Positions 55,097 through 63,746 of a stretch of 64,000 nt of DNA are shown here, in pieces. Made by a program: the position numbers and the translations under genes. Source of the stretch: Eubacteriales bacterium (GTDB lineage Bacteria; Bacillota; Clostridia; Oscillospirales; CAG-272); NCBI GenBank assembly GCA_045632345.1, contig JAZQWM010000008.1, positions 58,236-122,235 on the forward strand. The letters run 5' to 3'. The notes below the pieces were generated by a model. The model worked only from the letters and a program-made list of their open reading frames with translations, had not been told where the DNA came from and did no database searches. How positions within the stretch are numbered: the stretch's first letter is position 1; the number at the start of each line of letters is the position of its first letter.

Positions 55097-56068
55097 TTAA
55101 AATTTAACCTTTTTCATTTCCTTATAGATGTTTAAAGCAAGCATGTAGCAGCCATATTCGTTTGGATGCACCTTATCGCAGAAGCATTCAAGCACGTTAG
55201 GAACTAATTTAAAGCCATCAACGTAGGTAACGTTTTCATATTTTTCAATCTCTCTTTTTACAATACTGCGGCACCAGGTAAATCTTTCCTTGTCAAGGTC
55301 ATCGTTTCCACGCCAAATAGGAGAAATTGATATAATTTGCTTGTTTGGATATAGCTCCGTTAGTCTTTTATAAAAGCCGACGGTTGCTGTCTCGTAATCG
55401 TATTCGTTTGGAGCGTCATACCAGTTAGTGCCAAGGAAGGTTACGATTTTGTCAGGTGTAAAGCCGTAAACATACATAAGGTCCTGTGGCTCACAGCGAT
55501 AGCCGCCAATGCCTTGGCAAAGCATATCGTAGCCTGTCATTCTTTGAAGCTCGTTAAAGTATGAGCCGCTTGAAAATACAGGTCCGTAGCCCTGTGTAAT
55601 TGAGTCGCCGATAACTAATACCTTTTGCTTATGGCTCTTTACAGATTTATAGCTGCCCTCAATAGTGAAGTTCTTTACCCAGAATTGACAGTCGCAGGGT
55701 AGGTAAATGCACACCAGCTTGTCGCCTTTTGGCAAGTCAATTTTAATGCTTCCCTTGCTTTTGTCAGGGGTTAAAACGGAATATAAAACGCCGTCAACCC
55801 AAACGTCAATGGAATTGCTTCTGTCTTTTAGGCTTGTACCCTTATATGCGTTATAGTCAAAGGAAATAAAGTCTGAATTTGTCTTTAATTCAATTCTTAT
55901 TCCTGCACAAAAGCTTCCTCTGTCGCGCCAAAATTCATCGTATCCCTCTTGATTCATTAAATCAAGCTGAGCTTTTGAATATTTATAGGCAACAAGATAC
56001 CCTCTTACCGTTTCAAAATAGCATGCGCCCTTATATAATTTTTGTAATGATTTTGCTGAAAATTTCAT
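55097..56068 (-). CDS. SGNH/GDSL hydrolase with N-terminal beta-sandwich domain
   Basis: Block I VIGDSITQGYG and C-terminal D..HP. Confidence 0.7.
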   Translation of the reverse strand: MKFSAKSLQKLYKGACYFETVRGYLVAYKYSKAQLDLMNQEGYDEFWRDRGSFCAGIRIELKTNSDFISFDYNAYKGTSLKDRSNSIDVWVDGVLYSVLTPDKSKGSIKIDLPKGDKLVCIYLPCDCQFWVKNFTIEGSYKSVKSHKQKVLVIGDSITQGYGPVFSSGSYFNELQRMTGYDMLCQGIGGYRCEPQDLMYVYGFTPDKIVTFLGTNWYDAPNEYDYETATVGFYKRLTELYPNKQIISISPIWRGNDDLDKERFTWCRSIVKREIEKYENVTYVDGFKLVPNVLECFCDKVHPNEYGCYMLALNIYKEMKKVKF

Positions 56069-56127
56069 ATAGTACTCCTTAAAACAATCTATATTTTGAT
56101 TTTATCATTATTTTAAGGAAAAATCAA

Positions 56128-56160
56128 GTAAAAAAGCCCCGTATCTTTCTTACGGAGCTT
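56128..56160 (-). terminator. Rho-independent terminator ending the microcompartment operon
   Basis: AGCTCCGTA-AGAAAGA-TACGGGGCT followed by TTTTTT on the minus strand. Confidence 0.8.
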
Positions 56161-56174
56161 AATTTTTACTGTAA

Positions 56175-56600
56175 TTATAGTAAATGTATTGGCATTTTGC
56201 CGCCAAGGTTTACGTAGCCGTTGCCTTCTCTTTCGTTGGCTTCGTCCTTTTTTGTAATTTTCTCTGCTGTTTTAACAGGGGAAAGGTCAGGCTCTTTTTC
56301 AAGGCTCTTTTTAGGAGCAGATTTTGCTTCCTTTTTAGGAGCAACCGTTTCTTCCTTTTTAGGAGCTGTCTTTGTTTCCTTTTTAGGCGCGGAAGCTTTT
56401 GCTTTGTTGGATGCTTTTACTCTGTTTTCCGCTTTTTGAATTTCTGCCTGCTCCTCTGCCTCGAAAACAACCTCAACGTCAATGGGGGCTTCTAATATTT
56501 CCTCTACGCTAACGCTGTTTTCCATGTCGGGAGCAGTAGTTTTTACGTTTGAGTATCCGTTATTTGATACTCTTTTGATGGAGTTCTTACCTATTGGCAT
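56175..56600 (-). CDS. small K/A/E-rich repeat protein, candidate ParA partner (McdB-like?)
   Basis: 141 aa. Basic N-terminal peptide MPIGKNSIKRV, an acidic segment, then four APKKE-type octapeptide repeats. The start overlaps the ParA-like stop by 14 nt. No ParB/HTH motif. Confidence 0.6.
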   Translation of the reverse strand: MPIGKNSIKRVSNNGYSNVKTTAPDMENSVSVEEILEAPIDVEVVFEAEEQAEIQKAENRVKASNKAKASAPKKETKTAPKKEETVAPKKEAKSAPKKSLEKEPDLSPVKTAEKITKKDEANEREGNGYVNLGGKMPIHLL

Positions 56601-57378
56601 ATTCGATTATCTCCTTTGCGAGATTTTTGTATTCTAATGCGCTTCTTGAATATTTTTTGTAAGCAACAACAGGCTTACTGTTGTCCTGAGACCATTCAAC
56701 GGCGCTATCAACCTTAACGTAAGCGTTGAAAACTCTTATGTCCTCTGTTGCTTTTAGAGTTTCAAGCGTTTCCTTAAAGTATTTCTTTCTTTCGTCAGCC
56801 TTTGTTATCATAATACCCATAACGTTAAGGCGTGGAGAAATTTCGCTTACCTTACTTATGAAGTCAAACATGTTTGCAAGACCGAAAAGTCCCCAAGGGC
56901 TAGCCTCAACGGGAATTACAACGAAGTCCGATGCGCACATGATGTTCATTACCCAGCCGCCAAGTGTCGGTGGGGAATCTATTAAAATATAGTCGTAGTA
57001 GCCACGGGCGCGAATTGGCTCTAAGCACTTTTTGAGAATGAATTCCCTTTGCCACTTTGGGAATAAATCAAACTCAATAGCGCTCATAAGTGAGGTTGAC
57101 GGAATAATATCCAGTCCCTCATACTCCGTAGCCACTACGAAATCCGAAAGGTCCTTTTCTTCCTTTATTGCGGTGTATATATTCTTTCCGTTGCTTGCGT
57201 AGTCAAGTGATTTTTCTTCATCAAAAAAGGAAAGAGTTAAGTTAAGCTGCATGTCTCCGTCTATTAAAAGCACCTTTTTGCCCATTAACGAAAGTGCGCA
57301 GCCTATATTTGAGCAGGAAGTGGTTTTACCGCTGCCGCCCTTGTTATTTGCAAATGCAATTACCTTAGTTTTGCTCAT
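56587..57378 (-). CDS. ParA/MinD-family deviant Walker-A ATPase
   Basis: KGGSGKTT with the signature lysine; DSPP (Walker B region). 263 aa. The start overlaps the eutP/pduV stop by 14 nt. Confidence 0.85.
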   Translation of the reverse strand: MSKTKVIAFANNKGGSGKTTSCSNIGCALSLMGKKVLLIDGDMQLNLTLSFFDEEKSLDYASNGKNIYTAIKEEKDLSDFVVATEYEGLDIIPSTSLMSAIEFDLFPKWQREFILKKCLEPIRARGYYDYILIDSPPTLGGWVMNIMCASDFVVIPVEASPWGLFGLANMFDFISKVSEISPRLNVMGIMITKADERKKYFKETLETLKATEDIRVFNAYVKVDSAVEWSQDNSKPVVAYKKYSRSALEYKNLAKEIIEYANR

Positions 57379-57841
57379 TGTCTCTTCTCCTTCTTAAATT
57401 TTCAAGCTCCTCTTCACTGTCTGCTAAAAACTCAATAAGCTTGTCAAGTCCTTCTCCTGTGTATGCACTTACAGGGAATATTTTTTTACATCCTGCAAGT
57501 CTTAACCATCTTTCTACTCTTTCAGGGTTGGCGTCAGGCTTGTCTATGCCTGTAATGATACCCACAACCTCACGGTTTACTAGGCTTGTAATACATGGAG
57601 AGAAGATTGAATATGGCTCATTTGCCGAAAGCACAAGGCCCACCACGTCCGCCTCATAGGAATAAAGAGCAAGCGCACCGCTTGTTTGCCTAAGCTCTGT
57701 ATATTCTCCCGGGGTGTCGATTACAGTATCAAGATAATTTATGTACTGAGTTTTATAGTAGTGAATATCCTCGCCGTTTAACGCCTGAGTCAAGGTAGTT
57801 TTACCTGCCGCAACTCTGCCTATAAGAATAATTTTTTTCAT
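57365..57841 (-). CDS. eutP: EutP/PduV-family small GTPase
   Basis: IILIGRVAAGKTTL P-loop, DTPGEY. 158 aa. ATGA overlap with the upstream BMC gene. Confidence 0.85.
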   Translation of the reverse strand: MKKIILIGRVAAGKTTLTQALNGEDIHYYKTQYINYLDTVIDTPGEYTELRQTSGALALYSYEADVVGLVLSANEPYSIFSPCITSLVNREVVGIITGIDKPDANPERVERWLRLAGCKKIFPVSAYTGEGLDKLIEFLADSEEELENLRRRRDNEQN

Positions 57842-58200
57842 TACGTTCTTGTAATTTCACAGCAAACGTATTTGAGTCTTTGTGTGAAATATTCTCTGAT
57901 TGCGGTAAATGCTGACTCAACGCTTGAAACGCTACCTGAAATAATAAGCGTTCCTGTAAATCTGTCAACGAAGCCGATATCAGCTCCCGATGATTTAATT
58001 GAAATATCCGCCGCAATAACTGCGCTCTCCGCAGGGGAAACGGTTAAAACACCGATTGCGCTTTTTGTGTAGTCGGTCTTTGGGTCAAGACCAAGCTTTG
58101 TGTAAAGCACGTTATCAGGATTTGCAATTATATGTGAAAGAGTTATCTGCTTACCAGGTACTAACTCCTGCACTATTCTCATGTTTTCTTTAAGCTCCAT
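57841..58200 (-). CDS. eutS: EutS/PduU-type (circularly permuted) BMC shell protein
   Basis: RIVQELVPGKQITLSHIIANP...AIGVLTVSPAESAVIAADISIK is typical of EutS/PduU. Start at 58200 behind GGAGG. Confidence 0.8.
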   Translation of the reverse strand: MELKENMRIVQELVPGKQITLSHIIANPDNVLYTKLGLDPKTDYTKSAIGVLTVSPAESAVIAADISIKSSGADIGFVDRFTGTLIISGSVSSVESAFTAIREYFTQRLKYVCCEITRT

Positions 58201-58202
58201 TT

Positions 58203-58985
58203 TTAGCCTCCAATTTGACATTTAAGTCCCGATTCCTCGGCAACTGATAAAAGATATTCCATTTTTTCCTTTGTAGGCGGCTCTATTTCCTTAAGTGCGT
58301 AATTTCTGCCAAGTCCTACGTATTTATCTGAGCCAAGTCTATGATATGGGAGCAAGTGATGCTCTTTAACTCCCGGAAGTGATTTAGCAAAGCGTGAAAT
58401 TGCTCTTATTTCCTCGGCTGTATCGTTAAAGCCGGGAATTACAGGAGTTCTTATAATAAGCTCCACTCCGCTCTCTGCTATTTTTTTAGCGTTTTCAAGA
58501 ATTCTTTCGTTGCCAAGCGCGGTAAATTCCTTATGCTTTTCGCTATCCATATGCTTTATATCCATAAGGTATAAATCAAGATATGGAAGGATTTTTTCGA
58601 TCTGTGAAAAGTCCGATGAAGCAGCCGACTCAACAGCAGTATGTAGTCCCTCTTCCTTGCATGCTTTTAATAATTCTCTTGCAAAGTCTGCTTGGCAAAG
58701 CACCTCGCCACCTGAGAGGGTAACGCCGCCGCCGCTTCTTTTGTAGTATGGCTTGTCGGACAAAATCTCAGGCATAATGTCGCTAACCGTTACGTCATAG
58801 CCAACGGTTTTTCTTTTGTCCTTTTCAATAAGAGTTTCAATTTCGTATCTTTGTGATTCAGGATTACAACACCAAGCGCATCTCATATAACAGCCCTTGA
58901 AAAAGACGATAGTTCTTATTCCAGGTCCATCGTGAATTGAAAAGCGTTGAATATTGAATATTCTGCCCTTTGTTTCATTTGGCAT
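58203..58985 (-). CDS. glycyl-radical enzyme activating enzyme (radical SAM)
   Basis: FSIHDGPGIRT and the CYMRCAWCCNPE cluster motif. Start at 58985 behind AAGGAGGG. Confidence 0.9.
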   Translation of the reverse strand: MPNETKGRIFNIQRFSIHDGPGIRTIVFFKGCYMRCAWCCNPESQRYEIETLIEKDKRKTVGYDVTVSDIMPEILSDKPYYKRSGGGVTLSGGEVLCQADFARELLKACKEEGLHTAVESAASSDFSQIEKILPYLDLYLMDIKHMDSEKHKEFTALGNERILENAKKIAESGVELIIRTPVIPGFNDTAEEIRAISRFAKSLPGVKEHHLLPYHRLGSDKYVGLGRNYALKEIEPPTKEKMEYLLSVAEESGLKCQIGG

Positions 58986-59007
58986 TGTATCCCTCCTTCT
59001 TTTAATT

Positions 59008-59288
59008 GCGACCCTGTCGCACTTCATTTGATGTAGGCAACTTCATTTGAGGCTTTGCCTCAACTTCATTTGTCCGTAGGACAACATCATTGCGAAGCAC
59101 TTCAATGAAAAGTTATGAATTTGCTTCGCAAATGTTATGAGCTTAACTCCGTTAAGCGTTATGAAATGATTGCCATTAAGTAATCTTAAACGGTGCCGTA
59201 GGCACTTCATAACGACGCAGTCTCATAACTACGCGTAGCGTATCATAACTTGCCGTAGGCAATCATAACTGGCGAAGGCTTCGCCTAT
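59008..59288. repeat. GTTATGA/TCATAAC hairpin-array element, copy D, with extra ACTTCATTTG-spaced hairpins
   Basis: Left: hairpins spaced by ACTTCATTTG/ACATCATTG/ACTTCAATG. Then three GTTATGA units, core AATGATTGCCATTAAGTAATCTTAAAC + GGTGCCGTAGGCAC, and four TCATAAC units. Confidence 0.9.
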
Positions 59289-59291
59289 CGC

Positions 59292-61823
59292 CTACCAACC
59301 CTGCTCGGTTCTATTTATAATATCGTCCTGTAAGGATTTAGAAAGTGTTGTAAATAGCGCGCTATATCCTGCAACTCTGACAACGAGAGTTTTATATTTT
59401 TCAGGGTTCTTTTGCGCATCAAGTAATGTTTCCTTAGTTACAACGTTAAATTGTACGTGCATACCCTTTTGGTCAAAGTATGAGCGAATAAGAGCAACGA
59501 ATTTTGTAAGACCGCTCATGCCGTTTAATGCAGATGGGTGGAACTTTTGATTTAAAAGCGTTCCGTTAGATGCAACCCCCTGCTCTAGCTTTGCAACTGA
59601 GTTGGCTGTTGCAGTTGGTCCTTTAATATCTCTGCCTGATGCAGGACCGATACCGTCTGCAAGCGGTGTGTACGCTAAGCGTCCGTCAGGTGTTGCGCCT
59701 GTTGCCCCACCAAGTGGAACGTTAGCAGATACAGGATAAAGTCCTGCTTGGAAAATACCGCCACGAGGATTTTTATATTTTTCTACCTCTTTGGTATAGC
59801 TATTTGCCACGTCGCGGGCAAGCATATCTACGTCGTAAATATCGTTACCGTACTTTGGCGCTTCCTCATCAATTAAGCGTTTAATTTCCTTATATCTTGA
59901 CTTTTCGCTATCGCTAAGTGATGTTTGATTTGTAACCTCATCATAGATTACACGAATAGCGCTTTCGTTTATTTCAACGCCTTGCTTTACAAGCTCCGTT
60001 GCAATCTCTGTTGTAAGTCTTTCGGCCGCCGCACCCTTAACTCCGTAGCCGAAGTTAGATTTAAGCGCTTCTCTTAATTCCTTAAGAGTAAATCTATTTT
60101 CCTCAAAAACCAGCTTTTTAATTGCCGCAAGACCGTCTGTATTATTAGCAATACCGAAGCCCTGTGGACCTGTAAAGTTATAGATTGCTCCGCCCTCTTG
60201 AAGTGATTTTCCTCTGCCGATACAGTCCTCAACCATACAGGATTGGAATGGAAGCGGACATCTTACGGCGTGAGCCATATCTATTGCGTTGTTTGCGTTT
60301 ACAAGTAATTTAATCATATAGCTTTGCTGAGCCTTATATGCGTTATAAAACTCCTCAAAGGTTTTCATATTAGCTACGTCCCCTGTATCAGGACCGATTT
60401 TCTTGCCTTTATCATATCCATTTGAGAATGCAAGCTCCATTGGACGGCACATATTAAAGAATGCCGCATCGTGCCAACCATCTGTCTTGCCAGCCTTTTG
60501 TGGCTCAACACAACCGATAATGCAATAGTCCCTTGCGTCCTCAAGTGTAAGTCCTCTTGCCATAATTGACGGAATAATAATTTCGTCATTATAGTAAGCA
60601 GGTAAGCCTGTGCCAAGACGTGTTAAAGCTGCAGCTTTAATTAAAAGTGGCTCTGGAGAGCCGTTCCAAACTCTGATTGAGATTGATGGCTGTGGAAGTG
60701 GCACATGCATTGCTGCTTCAATACACATATATGAAAGGTCGTTTGTTGCATCCATGCCGTGAATGTCCTGTCCGCCTACAATAAGGTTTTGGAACATTCC
60801 GTAGCCTGCAAAGCCATCGGCAGATGCCGCATCTCTTACCTTGTTTATATCGTTAAATTTTACCCATAGACAGTCAAGAAGCTCTTGAGCTTTTTCGTAA
60901 GTGATTAAGCCACCCTCAATGTCCTTCTTAAAGTATGGATACATGTATTGGTCAAATCTACCCGGGGAAATTGAGTGACCGCTTGACTCAACCTGTAAAA
61001 GAAGCTGAATAAACCAAAATGTCTGACACGCTTCATAGAATGACGTTGCTCCAAACTCAGGCACTCTTGCGCAGTTACGGGCAATTATTTCAAGCTCACG
61101 CTTTCTTTGAGGATTTGCTTCCTTAGAAGCCATATCGCGTGCAAGGGCGCTATATCTGCGTGCGTATTCAATAACCGCCTCACAGCTTTCAATTACTGCG
61201 TAAAGGAAGTTGCTCTTTGATACGTAGTCAGCATCGGAAACGTCAAGCTTTTTAAGTGCATTTTCAGTTTCCGCAATAATTCCGCGGTAGCCAATTTTTA
61301 AAACCTTACCGTAATCTACGCACACGTGTCCTATGCCGTTATAGAAGTAGTTGCCGGGAGTAAATACGCTATGCTCTGTAAATGCCTCGTAAGCCTCAGG
61401 GGACATGTTTGCTTTTGCAAGGTCGCTTGTTGTCTTACCGTGCCACCAAGGATAAATCTCACGAAGCTCGCTTTTTGTTTTTTCGCTTATGTAAAACGGG
61501 TCAGCTGCGCGGGTAGATACTGTATCAAGCTCGGAAAGAAGCCACTCATATGAATATTCAGGGAAAACCTGACATCCTCTTGGAGCAACCGTTGCGCTAC
61601 CTACAATAAGCTCATTGTCTCTTATGACAATAGGAATGTTTCTTAAAATATGAGCAAATGATGCGCTTCTGCGCTTGATTATAGGAAGATTTTCAGTCAA
61701 TTTATAGCTCTCTGTAACAAGCTTACCTCTTGCGGATTCAATTTCCGGCATTTTTTCATAGAGGTTGTCAACAAGCTTTTCAATTCTTGAGCTTTTTTCA
61801 ATTATGAATTTAATGTTTTCCAT
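59292..61823 (-). CDS. glycyl radical enzyme, B12-independent diol (1,2-propanediol/glycerol) dehydratase-like
   Basis: Glycyl motif RVAGYS (Gly819); active-site IIGCVEP (Cys438, Glu440); also His166, His283-Ser284 and Asp452. Confidence 0.8.
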   Translation of the reverse strand: MENIKFIIEKSSRIEKLVDNLYEKMPEIESARGKLVTESYKLTENLPIIKRRSASFAHILRNIPIVIRDNELIVGSATVAPRGCQVFPEYSYEWLLSELDTVSTRAADPFYISEKTKSELREIYPWWHGKTTSDLAKANMSPEAYEAFTEHSVFTPGNYFYNGIGHVCVDYGKVLKIGYRGIIAETENALKKLDVSDADYVSKSNFLYAVIESCEAVIEYARRYSALARDMASKEANPQRKRELEIIARNCARVPEFGATSFYEACQTFWFIQLLLQVESSGHSISPGRFDQYMYPYFKKDIEGGLITYEKAQELLDCLWVKFNDINKVRDAASADGFAGYGMFQNLIVGGQDIHGMDATNDLSYMCIEAAMHVPLPQPSISIRVWNGSPEPLLIKAAALTRLGTGLPAYYNDEIIIPSIMARGLTLEDARDYCIIGCVEPQKAGKTDGWHDAAFFNMCRPMELAFSNGYDKGKKIGPDTGDVANMKTFEEFYNAYKAQQSYMIKLLVNANNAIDMAHAVRCPLPFQSCMVEDCIGRGKSLQEGGAIYNFTGPQGFGIANNTDGLAAIKKLVFEENRFTLKELREALKSNFGYGVKGAAAERLTTEIATELVKQGVEINESAIRVIYDEVTNQTSLSDSEKSRYKEIKRLIDEEAPKYGNDIYDVDMLARDVANSYTKEVEKYKNPRGGIFQAGLYPVSANVPLGGATGATPDGRLAYTPLADGIGPASGRDIKGPTATANSVAKLEQGVASNGTLLNQKFHPSALNGMSGLTKFVALIRSYFDQKGMHVQFNVVTKETLLDAQKNPEKYKTLVVRVAGYSALFTTLSKSLQDDIINRTEQGW

Positions 61824-61843
61824 AACCGTTTCCTTTCGTTAAA

Positions 61844-62389
61844 TTACATTTGCTTCCAAAGGTCCTTATGCGGAGCTGCAATTACTGTATATGATGATAG
61901 AGTTGATACGCTCTTAGCGTAATTTGCGCCAGCCTCTGCAGCGGCAGTAACGTCGCCAACATCACCGGTAATCATAACTACGCCCTTTCCTCCCATACCT
62001 CTTGATACACGAAGGTCATATATTTCAACTCTTGCAGTTTTTACTGCTATATCTGCCGCCTTAATTGCAGAAGCGGCTGAAAACGTTTCAATAATTCCAA
62101 GTGAGCCCTCACGAACCCCCTCGCCTGTGCCGAACAGAGCTTTAATTACCTGCTCCTCAATTCTTCCCATAACACAGGAATCTATAACGTATCCGTCAAA
62201 TTTGTTTACCACATGCTCAACGGCTACGGTAACGTTGGAAATTGAGCCTGTAAGCACAATTTCATATTTGCCCGGACATGATGGATGGGCTGAAACCATC
62301 TCAATACCTGAGCTTTTTAAAGCATCGTCTGCTGCTTCAACGCCCTTAGGTATGCTCTTTAATTCAATAACGCCTATCGCTCTAAACAT
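61844..62389 (-). CDS. pduT: tandem-BMC-domain shell protein (PduT-like BMC-T)
   Basis: Two BMC domains in 181 aa (AIGVIELKS.., SLGIIETFS..). A Cys in HPSCPGKY could ligate a cluster. Confidence 0.75.
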   Translation of the reverse strand: MFRAIGVIELKSIPKGVEAADDALKSSGIEMVSAHPSCPGKYEIVLTGSISNVTVAVEHVVNKFDGYVIDSCVMGRIEEQVIKALFGTGEGVREGSLGIIETFSAASAIKAADIAVKTARVEIYDLRVSRGMGGKGVVMITGDVGDVTAAAEAGANYAKSVSTLSSYTVIAAPHKDLWKQM

Positions 62390-62391
62390 TT

Positions 62392-63711
62392 TTATCTTAT
62401 CCTATCAATTATTATTTTGTTAATTCCAAGTGTTACTCTGCCAGAAATTGATGCGTGCTGAGGCAATGAAAGACCGCCCCCTGCGTTTGCAATAATTTCG
62501 CCCTCGCTAACAACGTCTCCGTCCTTAACGCACGGAATGCTTGGCGCGCCTATATGTGGGTTAAGTGTAATTTCTACACGGTTAAAGTCGTTAATTTCTC
62601 CATTAAAGGTTGCCAATTTATCGAATTTTGTAATTCCAAGCATGCTCATCCATCTTGTGGAAGGCACCATTCTGTAATCTCTTTCGCTTCTAACCTCATA
62701 AATATTTGAGGAGCTAAAGCGCATTTTGTTTTTAGCAAGCACAGCCTTGTAGTTTTCAATTACCGCCTTTGGAGAAATGCCTTGGTTACATGCAAGGCTC
62801 TCACAAATACCACAGCCGCAGCATAGCGTTGCGCTAAGCACCATTTCAGGCATAATTTCAGCAACACCCATGGCTGTTCTTACCATTTTGTGTGGCTCAA
62901 GTGGGTATCCAAGCATGCTTCTTGGACACATGTCTGTACATCTTGTGCATTGACAGCAAGCAGTTTCTGCTCTTGTGATGGCTAAATCCTTATTTATCTT
63001 TTTTGACATTATGGCTTGCGTGTCATTTGGGAGAATTAAAATTCCCTTTGTGGTTTTAGTTACGGCATAGGTGCTTGGGTTTATTACCTTACCCATGGAA
63101 GGACCGCCGTCAATTACCGTGTGTCTTTCGTCAACCGTAATGTTAAGCTCTTTAAATATATCTGAAATTTTTGTGCCAATAGGTACCTTTATAACAGTTG
63201 GGTTTTTAATATCTCCGCCAATAGTTAGCCACTTCTTTGTTACAGGCTCAGAAAATCTTACGCTTCTGCCAAGGTTGTACATTGTTTCAACGTTATATAC
63301 TATAACGCCCTCGGTAATAGGTAATTTGCCAGGCTGAATAAGTCTGTTTGTTGCTTGGTATATAAGGCTGATTTCATCGCCCATTGGATATACGTCCGGT
63401 AAAACTCTTATGTAAATTTTATCGCTAAGTCTTTCTCCGTCGGTAACTCCAAGTCTTTTAGCGGTGTGGTCCTTAATTGCTATTAAGGAGCTTTGAATAC
63501 CCGTGCTTTCAAGCACCGTTGAAATTCCGGATAAAACCAAGGACATTTCATCCTTTAAAAGTATATAGTCAGTATATAGTAACGGCTCACATTCTGCGCC
63601 GTTTATAAGGAGAAGGTTTGCCCCTTCTGCTATCTTGGCATAGGAAGGGAAGCCCGCTCCGCCGGCACCCAAAATGCCGAAGCTTTGCATTAAATCCTTT
63701 AGTCTTTGCAT
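62392..63711 (-). CDS. pduS: PduS/RnfC-like flavoprotein with two 4Fe-4S motifs
   Basis: GILGAGGAGFPSYAK, ETACCQCTRCTDMCP and LCCGCGICESLACN. Confidence 0.75.
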   Translation of the reverse strand: MQRLKDLMQSFGILGAGGAGFPSYAKIAEGANLLLINGAECEPLLYTDYILLKDEMSLVLSGISTVLESTGIQSSLIAIKDHTAKRLGVTDGERLSDKIYIRVLPDVYPMGDEISLIYQATNRLIQPGKLPITEGVIVYNVETMYNLGRSVRFSEPVTKKWLTIGGDIKNPTVIKVPIGTKISDIFKELNITVDERHTVIDGGPSMGKVINPSTYAVTKTTKGILILPNDTQAIMSKKINKDLAITRAETACCQCTRCTDMCPRSMLGYPLEPHKMVRTAMGVAEIMPEMVLSATLCCGCGICESLACNQGISPKAVIENYKAVLAKNKMRFSSSNIYEVRSERDYRMVPSTRWMSMLGITKFDKLATFNGEINDFNRVEITLNPHIGAPSIPCVKDGDVVSEGEIIANAGGGLSLPQHASISGRVTLGINKIIIDRIR

Positions 63712-63746
63712 TTTTCTACTCTTTCGTTAATTTGCTGGGGTTAAAA

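Noticed and set aside
56587-57378. ParA-like gene as the chromosomal Soj/ParA of the origin region, given that mnmG and rsmG are in the window.
   Set aside because: It is more than 26 kb from rsmG. It is not followed by a ParB/Spo0J-type protein (the partner has no ParB or HTH motifs). It is translationally coupled to eutP within the BMC operon.
59292-61823. GRE as pyruvate formate-lyase or choline TMA-lyase.
   Set aside because: BMC context, the GCVEP Cys loop with Glu, and a His (not Asp) at the position recalled for substrate C1-OH binding all favour a diol dehydratase. PFL has adjacent Cys-Cys and no BMC association. This remains to be confirmed by alignment.
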